A DNA stretch of 64,000 nt, from contig CAZFPL010000004.1 of NCBI GenBank assembly GCA_964521085.1, positions 67,198 through 131,197 of the forward strand, in the 5' to 3' direction. A program made the position numbers and the translations under genes. Under the pieces are notes generated by a model, which worked only from the letters and a program-made list of their open reading frames with translations, was not told where the DNA came from and searched no databases. The stretch is from an uncultured Anaerolineales bacterium (GTDB lineage: Bacteria > Chloroflexota > Anaerolineae > Anaerolineales > RBG-16-64-43). Below, piece by piece: positions 29,917 through 39,286 of this stretch (its first letter is position 1; each line of letters opens with the position of its first letter).

Positions 29917-30795
29917 ATGACGGCCGACAGTTTCCGCGATAAGGTTGCGATCGTCACCGGCGCGTCGAGCGGGATCGGCAAGGCGCTAGCACTTCGGCTG
30001 GCGGGGGAGGGCGCTTGGGTGGTACTTGCCGCCAGGAACGCCGAACGCCTGCAGACACTGGCGGAGGAATGCCGCATGCTCGGCGGGAAAGCCGAGGCCG
30101 TCCCGACCGACGTGACCGACGAAGCGCAATGCAAGGCGCTGGTCGGGCGGGCGAAGGAGACCTTCGGGCGGATCGACATGCTGATCAACAACGCCGGCAT
30201 GTCCGTCGCCGGCCGGTTCGACGAACTCCCGGATCTGCGGCTGTTCCACTATGTGATGAATGTTAATTTCTTCGGCGCATTAGCCTGCTGTTACCATGCA
30301 TTGCCCCACCTGCGCGAGACGCAGGGGCGGATTGTGAATGTTTCCAGCCTGGGCGGACTGCTCACCATCCCATACAACACCTCCTACTGCGCCAGTAAGT
30401 TCGCGCTGCAGGGCTTTTCGGATTCGCTGCGGATGGACCTCACGGACAGCGGCGTGAGCGTCACGGTGATTTCGCCCTACTGGGTGGTGACGGAATTTCA
30501 CGAACATTATCTCGACAAGGACGGGAAGGAAAAAGGTCCTTCGGGTCGGAAGGTCTACACCGAAAAGATGATGACCGCCGAGCGGTGCGCACAGATCATC
30601 CTGCAGGCGGCGCGGCAAAGGAAACGCGAAGTGCTGATGGGTCCCGGCCGGTGGGGCATGCTGCTACGCTGGATCGCGCCATCCATGATCGACAAGATCA
30701 CGATCGACGCTATCATGCGTCCGGTTGCGAAGCGGGTATCGGACCATAGACCATCGGCAATCGATAAAAAACCGACGATTGAGAGGCGGCCATGA
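29917..30795 (+). CDS. short-chain dehydrogenase/reductase (SDR)
   Basis: TGASSGIGKA cofactor motif, NNAG, and catalytic YCASK. Confidence 0.85.
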   Translation: MTADSFRDKVAIVTGASSGIGKALALRLAGEGAWVVLAARNAERLQTLAEECRMLGGKAEAVPTDVTDEAQCKALVGRAKETFGRIDMLINNAGMSVAGRFDELPDLRLFHYVMNVNFFGALACCYHALPHLRETQGRIVNVSSLGGLLTIPYNTSYCASKFALQGFSDSLRMDLTDSGVSVTVISPYWVVTEFHEHYLDKDGKEKGPSGRKVYTEKMMTAERCAQIILQAARQRKREVLMGPGRWGMLLRWIAPSMIDKITIDAIMRPVAKRVSDHRPSAIDKKPTIERRP

Positions 30796-31733
30796 ATGCA
30801 GACAACGCAAAGATCCTGGTCATCGGCGCCGGGGTGAACGGCTCGGCGTGCGCGACCATATTGCACCACAGCGGAATCGATGTGACCGTGCTGGCGCGCG
30901 GGCAGCGCTGCGTCGACATCCGTGACGAAGGGATCATCATCGAAAACCCGTTGAATGGAAAACGGACCGTGGCGGTCGTGCCGGTCGTCGACCGGCTGGC
31001 GCCGGATGACTTCTATGATTACATCTTCGTCATCATGCGGAAAAACCAGGCCCTGGAACTGCTGCCGGTTCTGGTTCGGAACCGCTCCCCGAACATCGTC
31101 TTTATGGGAAACACGCTCACAGGGCCCGAGTGTTATACCGATGTGTTGGGAAAGGAACGTGTTATGCTGGGCTCGGTGTACGCCGGTGGAAGGCGCGAGG
31201 GCAAGATTATCCGGGCGATCGTTCCCAACCGGATCCCGGTGCCGTTCGGCGAACCGGACGGGTCGGTCTCTCCGCGGCTGAAACTCCTGGCGGCGGCGCT
31301 CAACCGGGGAATTTCGAGGGCGGAGATTTCGACCCGGATCGTGGACCGACTGATCACCCATGCCGCGGTGATCCCCCCGCTCGGCGACCTCGTGATCAAG
31401 CATGGATGCGATACCCGCGCCCTGGCGAAATCCACCGACGATCTTTATCTCATGGTGGATGCGATGCGCGAATCGTATGCGGTGATCCAGGCCTGCGGGT
31501 ACCGGATCGAACCGGCCGGCGAGCGTTCCCTGCTGATCACCCCCCGTTTCCTCCTGGCGGCCCTGTTCCGGATCCTCTTTTCCACGAAGTTCGGGGAAGT
31601 CGGTATCGCCTACCACGTTTCCCAGGCGCCCGATGAAATGCGACATCTTTCCCGTGAATTGAGCGTCCTAGTGGACAAATCGGGCCTGGCGGTTCCCGCC
31701 CTGCGTTCGGTGCTGGCGCTGCAGGCGCCATAG
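30792..31733 (+). CDS. ketopantoate-reductase (ApbA/PanE)-like NAD(P) oxidoreductase
   Basis: ILVIGAGVNG Rossmann motif. ATGA overlap with the SDR stop codon. Confidence 0.65.
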   Translation: MNADNAKILVIGAGVNGSACATILHHSGIDVTVLARGQRCVDIRDEGIIIENPLNGKRTVAVVPVVDRLAPDDFYDYIFVIMRKNQALELLPVLVRNRSPNIVFMGNTLTGPECYTDVLGKERVMLGSVYAGGRREGKIIRAIVPNRIPVPFGEPDGSVSPRLKLLAAALNRGISRAEISTRIVDRLITHAAVIPPLGDLVIKHGCDTRALAKSTDDLYLMVDAMRESYAVIQACGYRIEPAGERSLLITPRFLLAALFRILFSTKFGEVGIAYHVSQAPDEMRHLSRELSVLVDKSGLAVPALRSVLALQAP

Positions 31734-31751
31734 GATCGATCCCCATCCTGT

Positions 31752-31817
31752 GAAAGACCGGCGCGGTTCCGTCATCCCCGCGTGAACTTGGCGGGGACGG
31801 ACCGCGGCGGTCTTTTC
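31752..31817 (+). terminator. nested stem-loop, probable terminator of the methyltransferase cluster
   Basis: Outer arms GAAAGACCGGCGCGGTTCCG / CGGACCGCGGCGGTCTTTTC enclose the inner hairpin TCCCCGC...GCGGGGA. A T-run follows. Confidence 0.4.
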
Positions 31818-31886
31818 ACGCGGGGATTTTTCCCCCTTTTCGTGTAGAGGTAAAATCGGCGGAGACCCAATTAGGGAGGAAAAACC

Positions 31887-32867
31887 ATGTTCCTCAAACG
31901 TCGTTCAGCAAGCGTGATTTTCGGGCTGTTCATGCTGGCCGTTGCGGCCGTCCCCCTCCAAACCGTCCGGGCCGACATGGCCCCCAAGCCCACAATGGAA
32001 TTCGAGTTCGTGTACGAGATCTCGCCGGCGCCATCGATTGTCTCCGGGATCCAGGAGGAATGCGGCGAGGCGGACTGTTTAAATGCCTATCTTCTGCAGA
32101 AAGGTGGGCCGCAGCAGTTCACCTGCACCAGGACGGATTGCTTTTCCGTGGCCTATTCCTATTCGGAATTTCAACGATTAAAAATCACTTTTTCCGACGG
32201 GATTACTCGCCAAAGCAACGTATTCAGCAACAAATACCTCAGCAACACATACCTGGTAACCGTCAGGGAAACAGATCTGCTGATTGCGCAACGCTGGAGC
32301 GGGCCCGCACTGTTTTCTTCCTATGACGACGGCTACGGCAGCGGGACCTATTCTTTGATTATTAATTCCATATTCCTGTGTATATTTTCCATCCCGGTCT
32401 TCCTCGTGCCGGGTTGCCTTATGATCCTGATTGCCGTTCGCTCCACCGGCTTTAGAAATTCCTGGGCTGCGTACATTTCGGCGTGGTTGTTATCCCTGCT
32501 GGCCATAGGCATTTATTCGATGACGCCTTTTATATTCGAAGGTTTGTTGGCTACTCTGGTAATCGAAATAGCCCTCGCCGTCGGATATGTGTTATGGCGC
32601 AAACGTCAGATGGTCTTGCTCCTCACCGTCGTGGCAATAATGAATCTCCTAACCCGTCCCCTGCTTGCGTATTTTGTGGGGGCATTTTATGACCTAAGGG
32701 CTGCGCACCTGATTTGGATCCTGTTGGGGGAAATCCTGGTCTGGATCGCTGAGGCGTGCATCCTGGCGCTTGCCTTGCGGAAGGAGACAGGCTTCCGGGA
32801 GGCATCGTCGCTCAGCTTGGTTTTAAACGCGGCCAGCTTCGGGATCGGATTGTTGCTGCCGTTCTAG
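31887..32867 (+). CDS. secreted/membrane protein, N-terminal signal peptide, Cys-containing ectodomain and 6 C-terminal TM helices (hypothetical)
   Basis: GGGAGG RBS; signal peptide ...AVPLQTVRA; hydrophobic C-terminal half. Confidence 0.55.
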   Translation: MFLKRRSASVIFGLFMLAVAAVPLQTVRADMAPKPTMEFEFVYEISPAPSIVSGIQEECGEADCLNAYLLQKGGPQQFTCTRTDCFSVAYSYSEFQRLKITFSDGITRQSNVFSNKYLSNTYLVTVRETDLLIAQRWSGPALFSSYDDGYGSGTYSLIINSIFLCIFSIPVFLVPGCLMILIAVRSTGFRNSWAAYISAWLLSLLAIGIYSMTPFIFEGLLATLVIEIALAVGYVLWRKRQMVLLLTVVAIMNLLTRPLLAYFVGAFYDLRAAHLIWILLGEILVWIAEACILALALRKETGFREASSLSLVLNAASFGIGLLLPF

Positions 32868-32884
32868 AAACCGGTTTTCAAGCA

Positions 32885-32915
32885 GACCGACGCGGTCTTT
32901 AGGACCGCGTCGGTC
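32885..32915 (+). terminator. intrinsic terminator-like hairpin
   Basis: 13-bp stem GACCGACGCGGTC / GACCGCGTCGGTC with a 5-nt loop, followed by ATTTATT. Confidence 0.5.
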
Positions 32916-32965
32916 ATTTATTGCCTCCCTCGATCTGGCGTGCTTCCCTGAATCGTAGTATCCTG

Positions 32966-32993
32966 CCTCCCGACCGACCGGTCGGTCGGGAGG
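32966..32993. promoter_or_regulatory. perfect 28-bp palindrome overlapping the TetR gene SD (candidate operator / RBS-sequestering hairpin)
   Basis: CCTCCCGACCGACC|GGTCGGTCGGGAGG ends 6 nt before the ATG at 33000. The 3-prime arm contains GGGAGG. Confidence 0.6.
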
Positions 32994-32999
32994 TGAGCC

Positions 33000-33578
33000 A
33001 TGATGACAACCGACACACGCGAAAAAATCCTTCAAGCGGCGGCCAAGTTATTCGTCCGCCAGGGGTATACGGCCACCTCGGTCAATCAGATTTCAAAGGA
33101 AGCCGGGATCGGGAAAGCCACCGTCTACCATCATTTTCCCGACAAGCAAGCCATCGCCTATTCGCTCCTCGATCGAAGCTCGTATCGGGTCCGGGACGCC
33201 CTCTCGGAGGTAAGCGCCGAAGCCGACCCGCGCCGGAGGATCGAGGCCATTGCCGGTGCCGCCATCCGTCTGCGCGACGAATCGTTCGACCTCTTCCAGG
33301 TGATCCGGCGCGAGGTTCCCGACAGCCGGGCCCGGCTGCACACGCAGCTGGCCGCCATCCTGCTCGGCTACACGACTCAGGTGACGAATGCGATCCAGGC
33401 GGGGATCGGGCAGGGGATCTTCCGCCCCGTAGATCCGTCGATGGCGGCGCGCGCTCTCCTGACCATGGTGACGGGCTTGTATGTGCAGATCTATCTAAGC
33501 GGCAACCGGTTCGCGGATCCGGAAAAAATGTTGCATTCCATGCTGGAGATATTCTTCAAGGGAATCGAATCCCCGTAG
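33000..33578 (+). CDS. TetR/AcrR family transcriptional regulator
   Basis: N-terminal HTH ILQAAAKLFVRQGYTATSVNQISKEAGIGKATVYHHF. Confidence 0.9.
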   Translation: MMTTDTREKILQAAAKLFVRQGYTATSVNQISKEAGIGKATVYHHFPDKQAIAYSLLDRSSYRVRDALSEVSAEADPRRRIEAIAGAAIRLRDESFDLFQVIRREVPDSRARLHTQLAAILLGYTTQVTNAIQAGIGQGIFRPVDPSMAARALLTMVTGLYVQIYLSGNRFADPEKMLHSMLEIFFKGIESP

Positions 33579-33634
33579 TGGGCATACGGAATCCCAAAAA
33601 GGTTGGAAGGCGTACGGATTAGAAAGGAATATCC

Positions 33635-36355
33635 ATGAACTGGATACGAAATCTCTCCGAATTGACCCATGCGGATCTCCCTGCCGCCGGCGGCAAAGCG
33701 GCCAACCTGGGCGAACTGATCCGAGGCGGAATGCCGGTGCCGCCGGGATTTTGTATCTTGACCGACGCCTACCGGGAAGCCGTGCGGCGGAACGATCTGG
33801 AGGGGAAGATCCGCGGGATCCTCGCCGGCATCCCGCGGCCTGAACCGGAGCCGCTGGAATCCGCCGCCGAAAAAATCCGCGCGCTGTTTCTATCCTGCTC
33901 CATCCCGCAGGAGATCGCGGAGGAAATCCGCGCCGCCTATCGGGAACTCGATCCGGCGGGGGATGCCGCGGTCGCCGTGCGCTCCTCGGCCACGGCCGAG
34001 GATCTGCCGGAAATGAGTTTCGCCGGCCAGCAGGAAACCTTCCTCAACGTTATCGGTACGGATTCGCTGCTGCGGTCGGTCGTGGAGTGCTGGGCCAGCC
34101 TGTGGACGGCGCGCGCGATCGGTTATCGGATGCGCAACGCGGTCCCGGCGGAGGGTCTCGCGCTGGCCGTTGCCGTACAACGCATGATCCCATCGGAATG
34201 CTCGGGGGTGCTCTTCACCGCCAATCCGCTCAGCGGCAGCCGGCGTGAAACCGTCATCGACGCGACCTTCGGCCTGGGGGAAGCACTGGTGGGGGGGAAG
34301 GTCGAACCGGACCATTATGTCGTCCGCGCGGCGGACGGGTGCATTCTCTCCAAAATGCTGGGCGCCAAGGCGCTCCAGATCCGCGGCCGGGCCGGCGGCG
34401 GGACGGAGTCGAGCGAGCAGAATTCGGCCTCGCAGCAGGCGCTCGGCGACGGGCAGATCATCGAACTGGCGCGGCTCGGGGAGCGGGCGCGGGCGCTCTT
34501 CGCCGATCCGCAGGATATCGAATGGGCGCTTGCGGAGGGTAAATTCCACCTCGTGCAATCGCGGCCGATCACCTCGCTCTTCCCGGTCCCGGAAAATCTT
34601 TCTTCCGAGAAACCGCATGTGCTGTTCTCCTTCGCCGCCGTGCAGGGCATGCTGGATCCGATCACCCCGATCGGCCGTGATTCCATGATGCAGATGTTCG
34701 CCGCCGGCGCCGGTTTGTTCGGCGTGCGCGCGACCGCCGAAACCCAGAAGGTCCTCTATGCGGCCGGCGAGAGATTATGGATTAATTTCACGCCCGTCCT
34801 GAAGAACTCCATCGGACGGCGGATTGTGCCGGTCGTCCTGGGTATGGTGGAGCCGACCGTTGGACAGGCGGTGAAGCTGATTTGGAACGAACCGTGCTTC
34901 CGGCCCGGGCGGTCCGGCATCCGCCCGCAGGCCGCGGTCCGGCTGGCGCGCTTCCTCCTTCCCATGGGGGTCAATGTCGCGCTGAACCTCCTCGCTCCAC
35001 GCAGGCGTCGGGAGTACATCGTCGCCAACGGAGAACGCGTGCTGGCGCTGATGGATCGACGCAGCGCGGCGGTGATGGGCGACCGCCGGCAGAGGCTGTC
35101 GGCGCAGATCAACCTCCTGCCGGACCTCTTGGCGGATCGCCTTCCCTCATCGCTGATCCTTTTCGTATCGGGCGTGGCGGCGGGCATGGCTTCCTGGAAC
35201 ATCCTCAATATGATCGCCCGCAAAGCGATGGACGATCCGGCGGCCCGGGCGGAAGTGCACGATCTCATTCTCCAGGTGACGCGCGGGATGCCCTACAACC
35301 CGACGACGGAAATGGATCTGGCGCTGTGGGAGATGGCCAAGACCGTCCGGCGCGACCCGGATTCCCGCCGGGTGGTGGAGGAGGGAAGTGCGCCGGAGCT
35401 TGCCGCGCGCTACCGGGAAGGAAAATTACCAGCGGCGGTCACGCAGGCAGCGGGTCGTTTTCTGCAAAAATACGGCGGGCGCGGATTGGGCGAGATCGAC
35501 CTCGGGCGCACGCGCTGGGCTGAGGATCCGACCCACGTGTTCGAGATGCTGATCAATTACCTGCAGATCGAAGACGAATCCCGGGCGCCGGATGCGGTCT
35601 TCGCGCGGAGTGCGGCGTCGGCGGCGGAGGCGGTGGAAAAACTTGCGGCCGCGGTCGGAAAGACGCGCGGCGGGTGGATCAAGGCGCGGCTGGTGCGGTT
35701 CTTCGCGGGGCGGGCGCGCCAGCTGATGGGCGCGCGCGAGAGCCCGAAGTTCTTCGCGGTGCGGATGATGCATGTCATCCATCGCGGAATGCTCGAGCTC
35801 GGGCGCGAATTCGCCGCCGCCGGCGAGCTGGCGCGCGCGGATGACCTGTTCTACCTGAGCATCGCGGAGATCCGGGCGTTTGCCGGGCGCGAAGCGAGGC
35901 CCTGGCGCGAAACGATCGCCGGGCGCCGGAGCGCCTACGAACGCGAATTGCGCAGGCGGCAGATCCCGCGCCTCCTGATCAGCGACGGGCGCGCTTTTTA
36001 CGAAGGCATCGCCGCCCGAGAGGGAGATTCCGAAAACCGAATGGCCGGCAGCCCGGTCTCGCCGGGAATTGCGGAGGGAAGGGTGCATGTGGTCCTGGAC
36101 CCGCGCCAGGCGAACCTGCAGCCGGGGGAAATCCTCGTCTGCCCGGGGACCGATCCCTCGTGGACGCCGCTCTTCCTTTCGGCCGGCGCGCTGGTTATGG
36201 AAACAGGCGGGATGATGACCCACGGATCGGTCGTGGCCCGCGAATACGGAATCCCAGGTGTGGTCGGCGTCCATAATGCGACGACCCGCCTCAAGACCGG
36301 CCAGCGGGTGCGGGTGGATGGATCGAAGGGAATCGTCGAAGTTTTGGATCAGTAA
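33635..36355 (+). CDS. PEP-utilising enzyme, PEP-synthase-like / rifampin-phosphotransferase-like architecture
   Basis: N-terminal ATP-grasp block (GGKAANLGEL, SSATAEDLPEMSFAGQQETFLNV). C-terminal swivel domain with phospho-His context ETGGMMTHGSVVAREYGIP. About 900 aa. Confidence 0.7.
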   Translation: MNWIRNLSELTHADLPAAGGKAANLGELIRGGMPVPPGFCILTDAYREAVRRNDLEGKIRGILAGIPRPEPEPLESAAEKIRALFLSCSIPQEIAEEIRAAYRELDPAGDAAVAVRSSATAEDLPEMSFAGQQETFLNVIGTDSLLRSVVECWASLWTARAIGYRMRNAVPAEGLALAVAVQRMIPSECSGVLFTANPLSGSRRETVIDATFGLGEALVGGKVEPDHYVVRAADGCILSKMLGAKALQIRGRAGGGTESSEQNSASQQALGDGQIIELARLGERARALFADPQDIEWALAEGKFHLVQSRPITSLFPVPENLSSEKPHVLFSFAAVQGMLDPITPIGRDSMMQMFAAGAGLFGVRATAETQKVLYAAGERLWINFTPVLKNSIGRRIVPVVLGMVEPTVGQAVKLIWNEPCFRPGRSGIRPQAAVRLARFLLPMGVNVALNLLAPRRRREYIVANGERVLALMDRRSAAVMGDRRQRLSAQINLLPDLLADRLPSSLILFVSGVAAGMASWNILNMIARKAMDDPAARAEVHDLILQVTRGMPYNPTTEMDLALWEMAKTVRRDPDSRRVVEEGSAPELAARYREGKLPAAVTQAAGRFLQKYGGRGLGEIDLGRTRWAEDPTHVFEMLINYLQIEDESRAPDAVFARSAASAAEAVEKLAAAVGKTRGGWIKARLVRFFAGRARQLMGARESPKFFAVRMMHVIHRGMLELGREFAAAGELARADDLFYLSIAEIRAFAGREARPWRETIAGRRSAYERELRRRQIPRLLISDGRAFYEGIAAREGDSENRMAGSPVSPGIAEGRVHVVLDPRQANLQPGEILVCPGTDPSWTPLFLSAGALVMETGGMMTHGSVVAREYGIPGVVGVHNATTRLKTGQRVRVDGSKGIVEVLDQ

Positions 36356-36392
36356 AAATGGAAAGTGGGTTGTAGGGAAACTCCATCCGAGG

Positions 36393-36596
36393 CTGTGGAA
36401 AATCCGACCATAGACCATGGACCATCGACCATAGTCGATTTATTGCTGCGAAGGAATTGGCTTGAAGTATGCGGTACGGCAATTCAACGCAGGGATCGAT
36501 ACGACAAACATAGAAAGATTGAATGTGCAGGAAAGGCCGATTCAATCGTAGAGTAGAATCGACGATAGTCCATGGTCGATGGTCGACAGTCGAACG
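36393..36596. mobile_element. MITE-like 204-bp element with heptamer-repeat terminal inverted repeats, flanked by a 10-bp direct duplication
   Basis: CCATCCGAGG occurs at 36383-36392 and again at 36597-36606. The ends CGACCATAGACCATGGACCATCG... and ...CGATAGTCCATGGTCGATGGTCG are inverted. Confidence 0.55.
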
Positions 36597-36612
36597 CCAT
36601 CCGAGGTGAGAA

Positions 36613-37818
36613 TTGCACACCCAACCGACAGTTATTCAAGGAAGCGTGGCAAAGGGCTTCGAACCGGTACGCGAGGAGTTCATCCGGAATTTTCGCGAAC
36701 GCGGTGAACTCGGCGCGGCTTGTGCTGTCTTCCGGCAGGGTTGCAAGGTGGTGGATCTGTGGGGCGGAGTCCGCGATGATAAAACCGGCGCACCATGGGA
36801 ACGGGATACGATGACCCCGGTATTCTCCTCGACCAAGGGTTTCGCGGCCATGACACTCGCCGTGGCGAACGCGCGCGGCTGGCTGGATTACGACGAGAAG
36901 GTTGCTGCTTACTGGCCGGAGTTCGCGCAAAACGACAAGCAGGATATCACCGTCCGCACGCTGATGGGCCACCGCGCCGGATTATGCACACTGGACGGAT
37001 TGACGATCCGTACATTCGCCGACCTGGATACCTCGGCGCAAGCTGACGCGTTGGCGAAGAAAAAGCCGGTGTGGATTCCGGGAACCCGCCAGGGATACCA
37101 CTGCTGGACGATCGGCTGGTACTCGGGCGAACTGCTGCGCCGGATCGATCCGGAGCATCGCAGCCTAGGCAGGTTTTTCCGGGAAGAGATCGCCGGACCG
37201 CTTGGCGCAGATTTTTATATCGGCCTGCCGCCGGAGATCCCGGAGGAACGGCTTGCGACTCTGCACGGTGGACTCAACAGTATTCCGGAGCTATTCGCGC
37301 ACATCGGCGAGATGGATGGAAGGATTTTATTTCAATTCCTCAATCCGCGGTCACTGACCTGGCGCAGCATGATCGACCAAAAACAGCTGGTCAAACACGA
37401 TAATTTCAACCGGCGCGAACTGCAATCGGTGGAGGTGCCGGCCGGAAACGGGATCGGAAGCGCGCGCGGCATGGCGCTTGCGTTCAGCGAGTTTGCCACG
37501 GGCGGCAGGAAACTCGGACTCAATCCGATATTTCTCGCAGATCTCGAAAAACCTGTCTCGCTTCCGCCCGGTGAGCGGATCGACCATGTAGCGCGGCTGG
37601 ATTTCCGCTTCTCGCTGGGATTCATCAAACCGTCGCCCGATTTTCCCTTCGGTTCCAATACGCGTGCGTTTGGCATCGGCGGAGCGGGCGGATCGCTCGC
37701 GTTTGCGGATCCGGAAAAAGAGATCGGGTACGCCTATGTCATGAACCACATGGGATTTTCGGTTTCCGGCGACCCGCGCGAGCAGGCGGTACGGGATGTG
37801 GTGTACCGCTGCCTATAA
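36613..37818 (+). CDS. beta-lactamase-family serine hydrolase (class C/esterase EstB-like)
   Basis: TTG start after GAGGTGA. S-x-x-K motif FSSTKGF. GIGGAGGSLAFADP near the C-terminus. Confidence 0.75.
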   Translation: MHTQPTVIQGSVAKGFEPVREEFIRNFRERGELGAACAVFRQGCKVVDLWGGVRDDKTGAPWERDTMTPVFSSTKGFAAMTLAVANARGWLDYDEKVAAYWPEFAQNDKQDITVRTLMGHRAGLCTLDGLTIRTFADLDTSAQADALAKKKPVWIPGTRQGYHCWTIGWYSGELLRRIDPEHRSLGRFFREEIAGPLGADFYIGLPPEIPEERLATLHGGLNSIPELFAHIGEMDGRILFQFLNPRSLTWRSMIDQKQLVKHDNFNRRELQSVEVPAGNGIGSARGMALAFSEFATGGRKLGLNPIFLADLEKPVSLPPGERIDHVARLDFRFSLGFIKPSPDFPFGSNTRAFGIGGAGGSLAFADPEKEIGYAYVMNHMGFSVSGDPREQAVRDVVYRCL

Positions 37819-37821
37819 ACC

Positions 37822-38027
37822 CGACTATGGACGATGGACTATCGACCATGGTCGAATCAACACTCCGATTGGCCCAGCCTGAAACACGCATCCCGTCATT
37901 CATTGATCTAGACGGTTCGGTGAGCCGACCCCGGCCTTGATATTTCTGAAACGCATGGAATAGGTTGACTCGCCAGAAGAGCAGAATCGACGATGGTCCA
38001 TGGTCGATGGTCTATGGTCCATGGTCT
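37822..38027. repeat. pair of GACCATN/NATGGTC heptamer arrays enclosing about 120 bp
   Basis: GACTATGGACGATGGACTATCGACCATGGTCGAATC ... GAATCGACGATGGTCCATGGTCGATGGTCTATGGTCCATGGTC. Confidence 0.7.
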
Positions 38028-38080
38028 GTTTGTTTGGCAGATCATCCACGGTTGAAAAGAGATCCTAGTACAATAGAAAC

Positions 38081-39070
38081 GTGATCGAACTGCGCAACGT
38101 CCAAAAAGTCCTCAACGGAAAAACCGTCCTCAATATCCCCGAACTGACCGTTTCTCCGGGTGAGATTGCAGGCGTCTTCGGCCCGGAGGGCAGCGGAAGC
38201 GATGTGTTGTTTGCGCTGCTCACCGGGCGCATGCGGCCGACGCTCGGCACGGTCCGTGTAGCCGGGCTCGATCCGCTCCGCCAGCGGGATGCCTTCAGCC
38301 GCAAGACCGGAATCGTCTTTCACGACGATGCGATCTACAAGAATCTCACTACGGCCGCCAATCTGGAATTTCACGCCAACCTGTATGGAATGCCCAAAGC
38401 ACGGATCGCCGAAGTGCTGGATCAGGCCGGCCTGGCCGATCAGGCCGCCGTTAAAGCCGACGATCTCCCATCCGGTTTGAAAAGGCGGCTTGCTTTCGGA
38501 AGAGCTATTCTCCACCGCCCGAAAGTGTTGATCCTTCAGGAATTATTCGACCGCTGCGACGAAGCGACGATCACCCTGCTTGGAGATTTGCTGCGCCGCC
38601 GGGCCGAGGAGGATGCGGCCGTCCTCGTCCTGGCGAGCGCCCCGGCACGGCTGGCGGAGTTCTGCACGGGCAGGTATGAGATCCAACAGGGGCGGATCGA
38701 TCCAATGCGGGATGCCCCCGGGGAGGCTGTGCACCCGACGTTCCGGCTGCCGGTGAAGACGGAAGACAAGGTGATTCTGGTGAATCCGGCGGAAATCCTC
38801 TTCGCGGATGCGAGCGAAGGCCGCACATTCCTGGTTACCGCAGAGGGGCGGCTGGCCGCCCCATACACCCTGGCCGAACTGGAAAGCAAACTCTCACGCA
38901 GCGGTTTCTTCCGCGCTCACCGCAGCATCCTGGTGAACCTGCAGCACGTCAAGGAAGTCATCCCCTTTACCCGCAACAGCTTCAGCATCCGCCTGGACGA
39001 TCCCGCCGGGACGAAAATCCCGCTCAGCAAGTCGGCGGCCGCGGAACTCAAGACGTTTTTCGGCTATTAA
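38081..39070 (+). CDS. degenerate ABC nucleotide-binding domain fused to a LytTR DNA-binding domain
   Basis: The NBD fold is recognisable but Walker A is GPEGSGSD (no Lys), the Q-loop position is His, the signature is PSGLKRR, and Walker B is LILQEL. The C-terminal LytTR reads GRTFLVTAEGRLAAPYTLAELESKL...FFRAHRSILVNLQHV. GTG start. Confidence 0.7.
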   Translation: MIELRNVQKVLNGKTVLNIPELTVSPGEIAGVFGPEGSGSDVLFALLTGRMRPTLGTVRVAGLDPLRQRDAFSRKTGIVFHDDAIYKNLTTAANLEFHANLYGMPKARIAEVLDQAGLADQAAVKADDLPSGLKRRLAFGRAILHRPKVLILQELFDRCDEATITLLGDLLRRRAEEDAAVLVLASAPARLAEFCTGRYEIQQGRIDPMRDAPGEAVHPTFRLPVKTEDKVILVNPAEILFADASEGRTFLVTAEGRLAAPYTLAELESKLSRSGFFRAHRSILVNLQHVKEVIPFTRNSFSIRLDDPAGTKIPLSKSAAAELKTFFGY

Positions 39071-39286
39071 GCCTGCTCCACCCATCCCCCGGAATGCTTC
39101 ATTCGCCCCTTTCCAAGCGCCGATTGGCGCTTTTTTGTTGCGGGCGCCGGAGAAGTTGCCTATAGTGTTGACAAGAAAAAATCCCCTCCCATGCCTCCCC
39201 GCGAAGAACACGCGCGGACAGGCTCTCCTGCTTGGCAATGAGTGCCGAAAAGGGGAGGAGCGAGGAGGGGGAAAGGAGATGTAACC

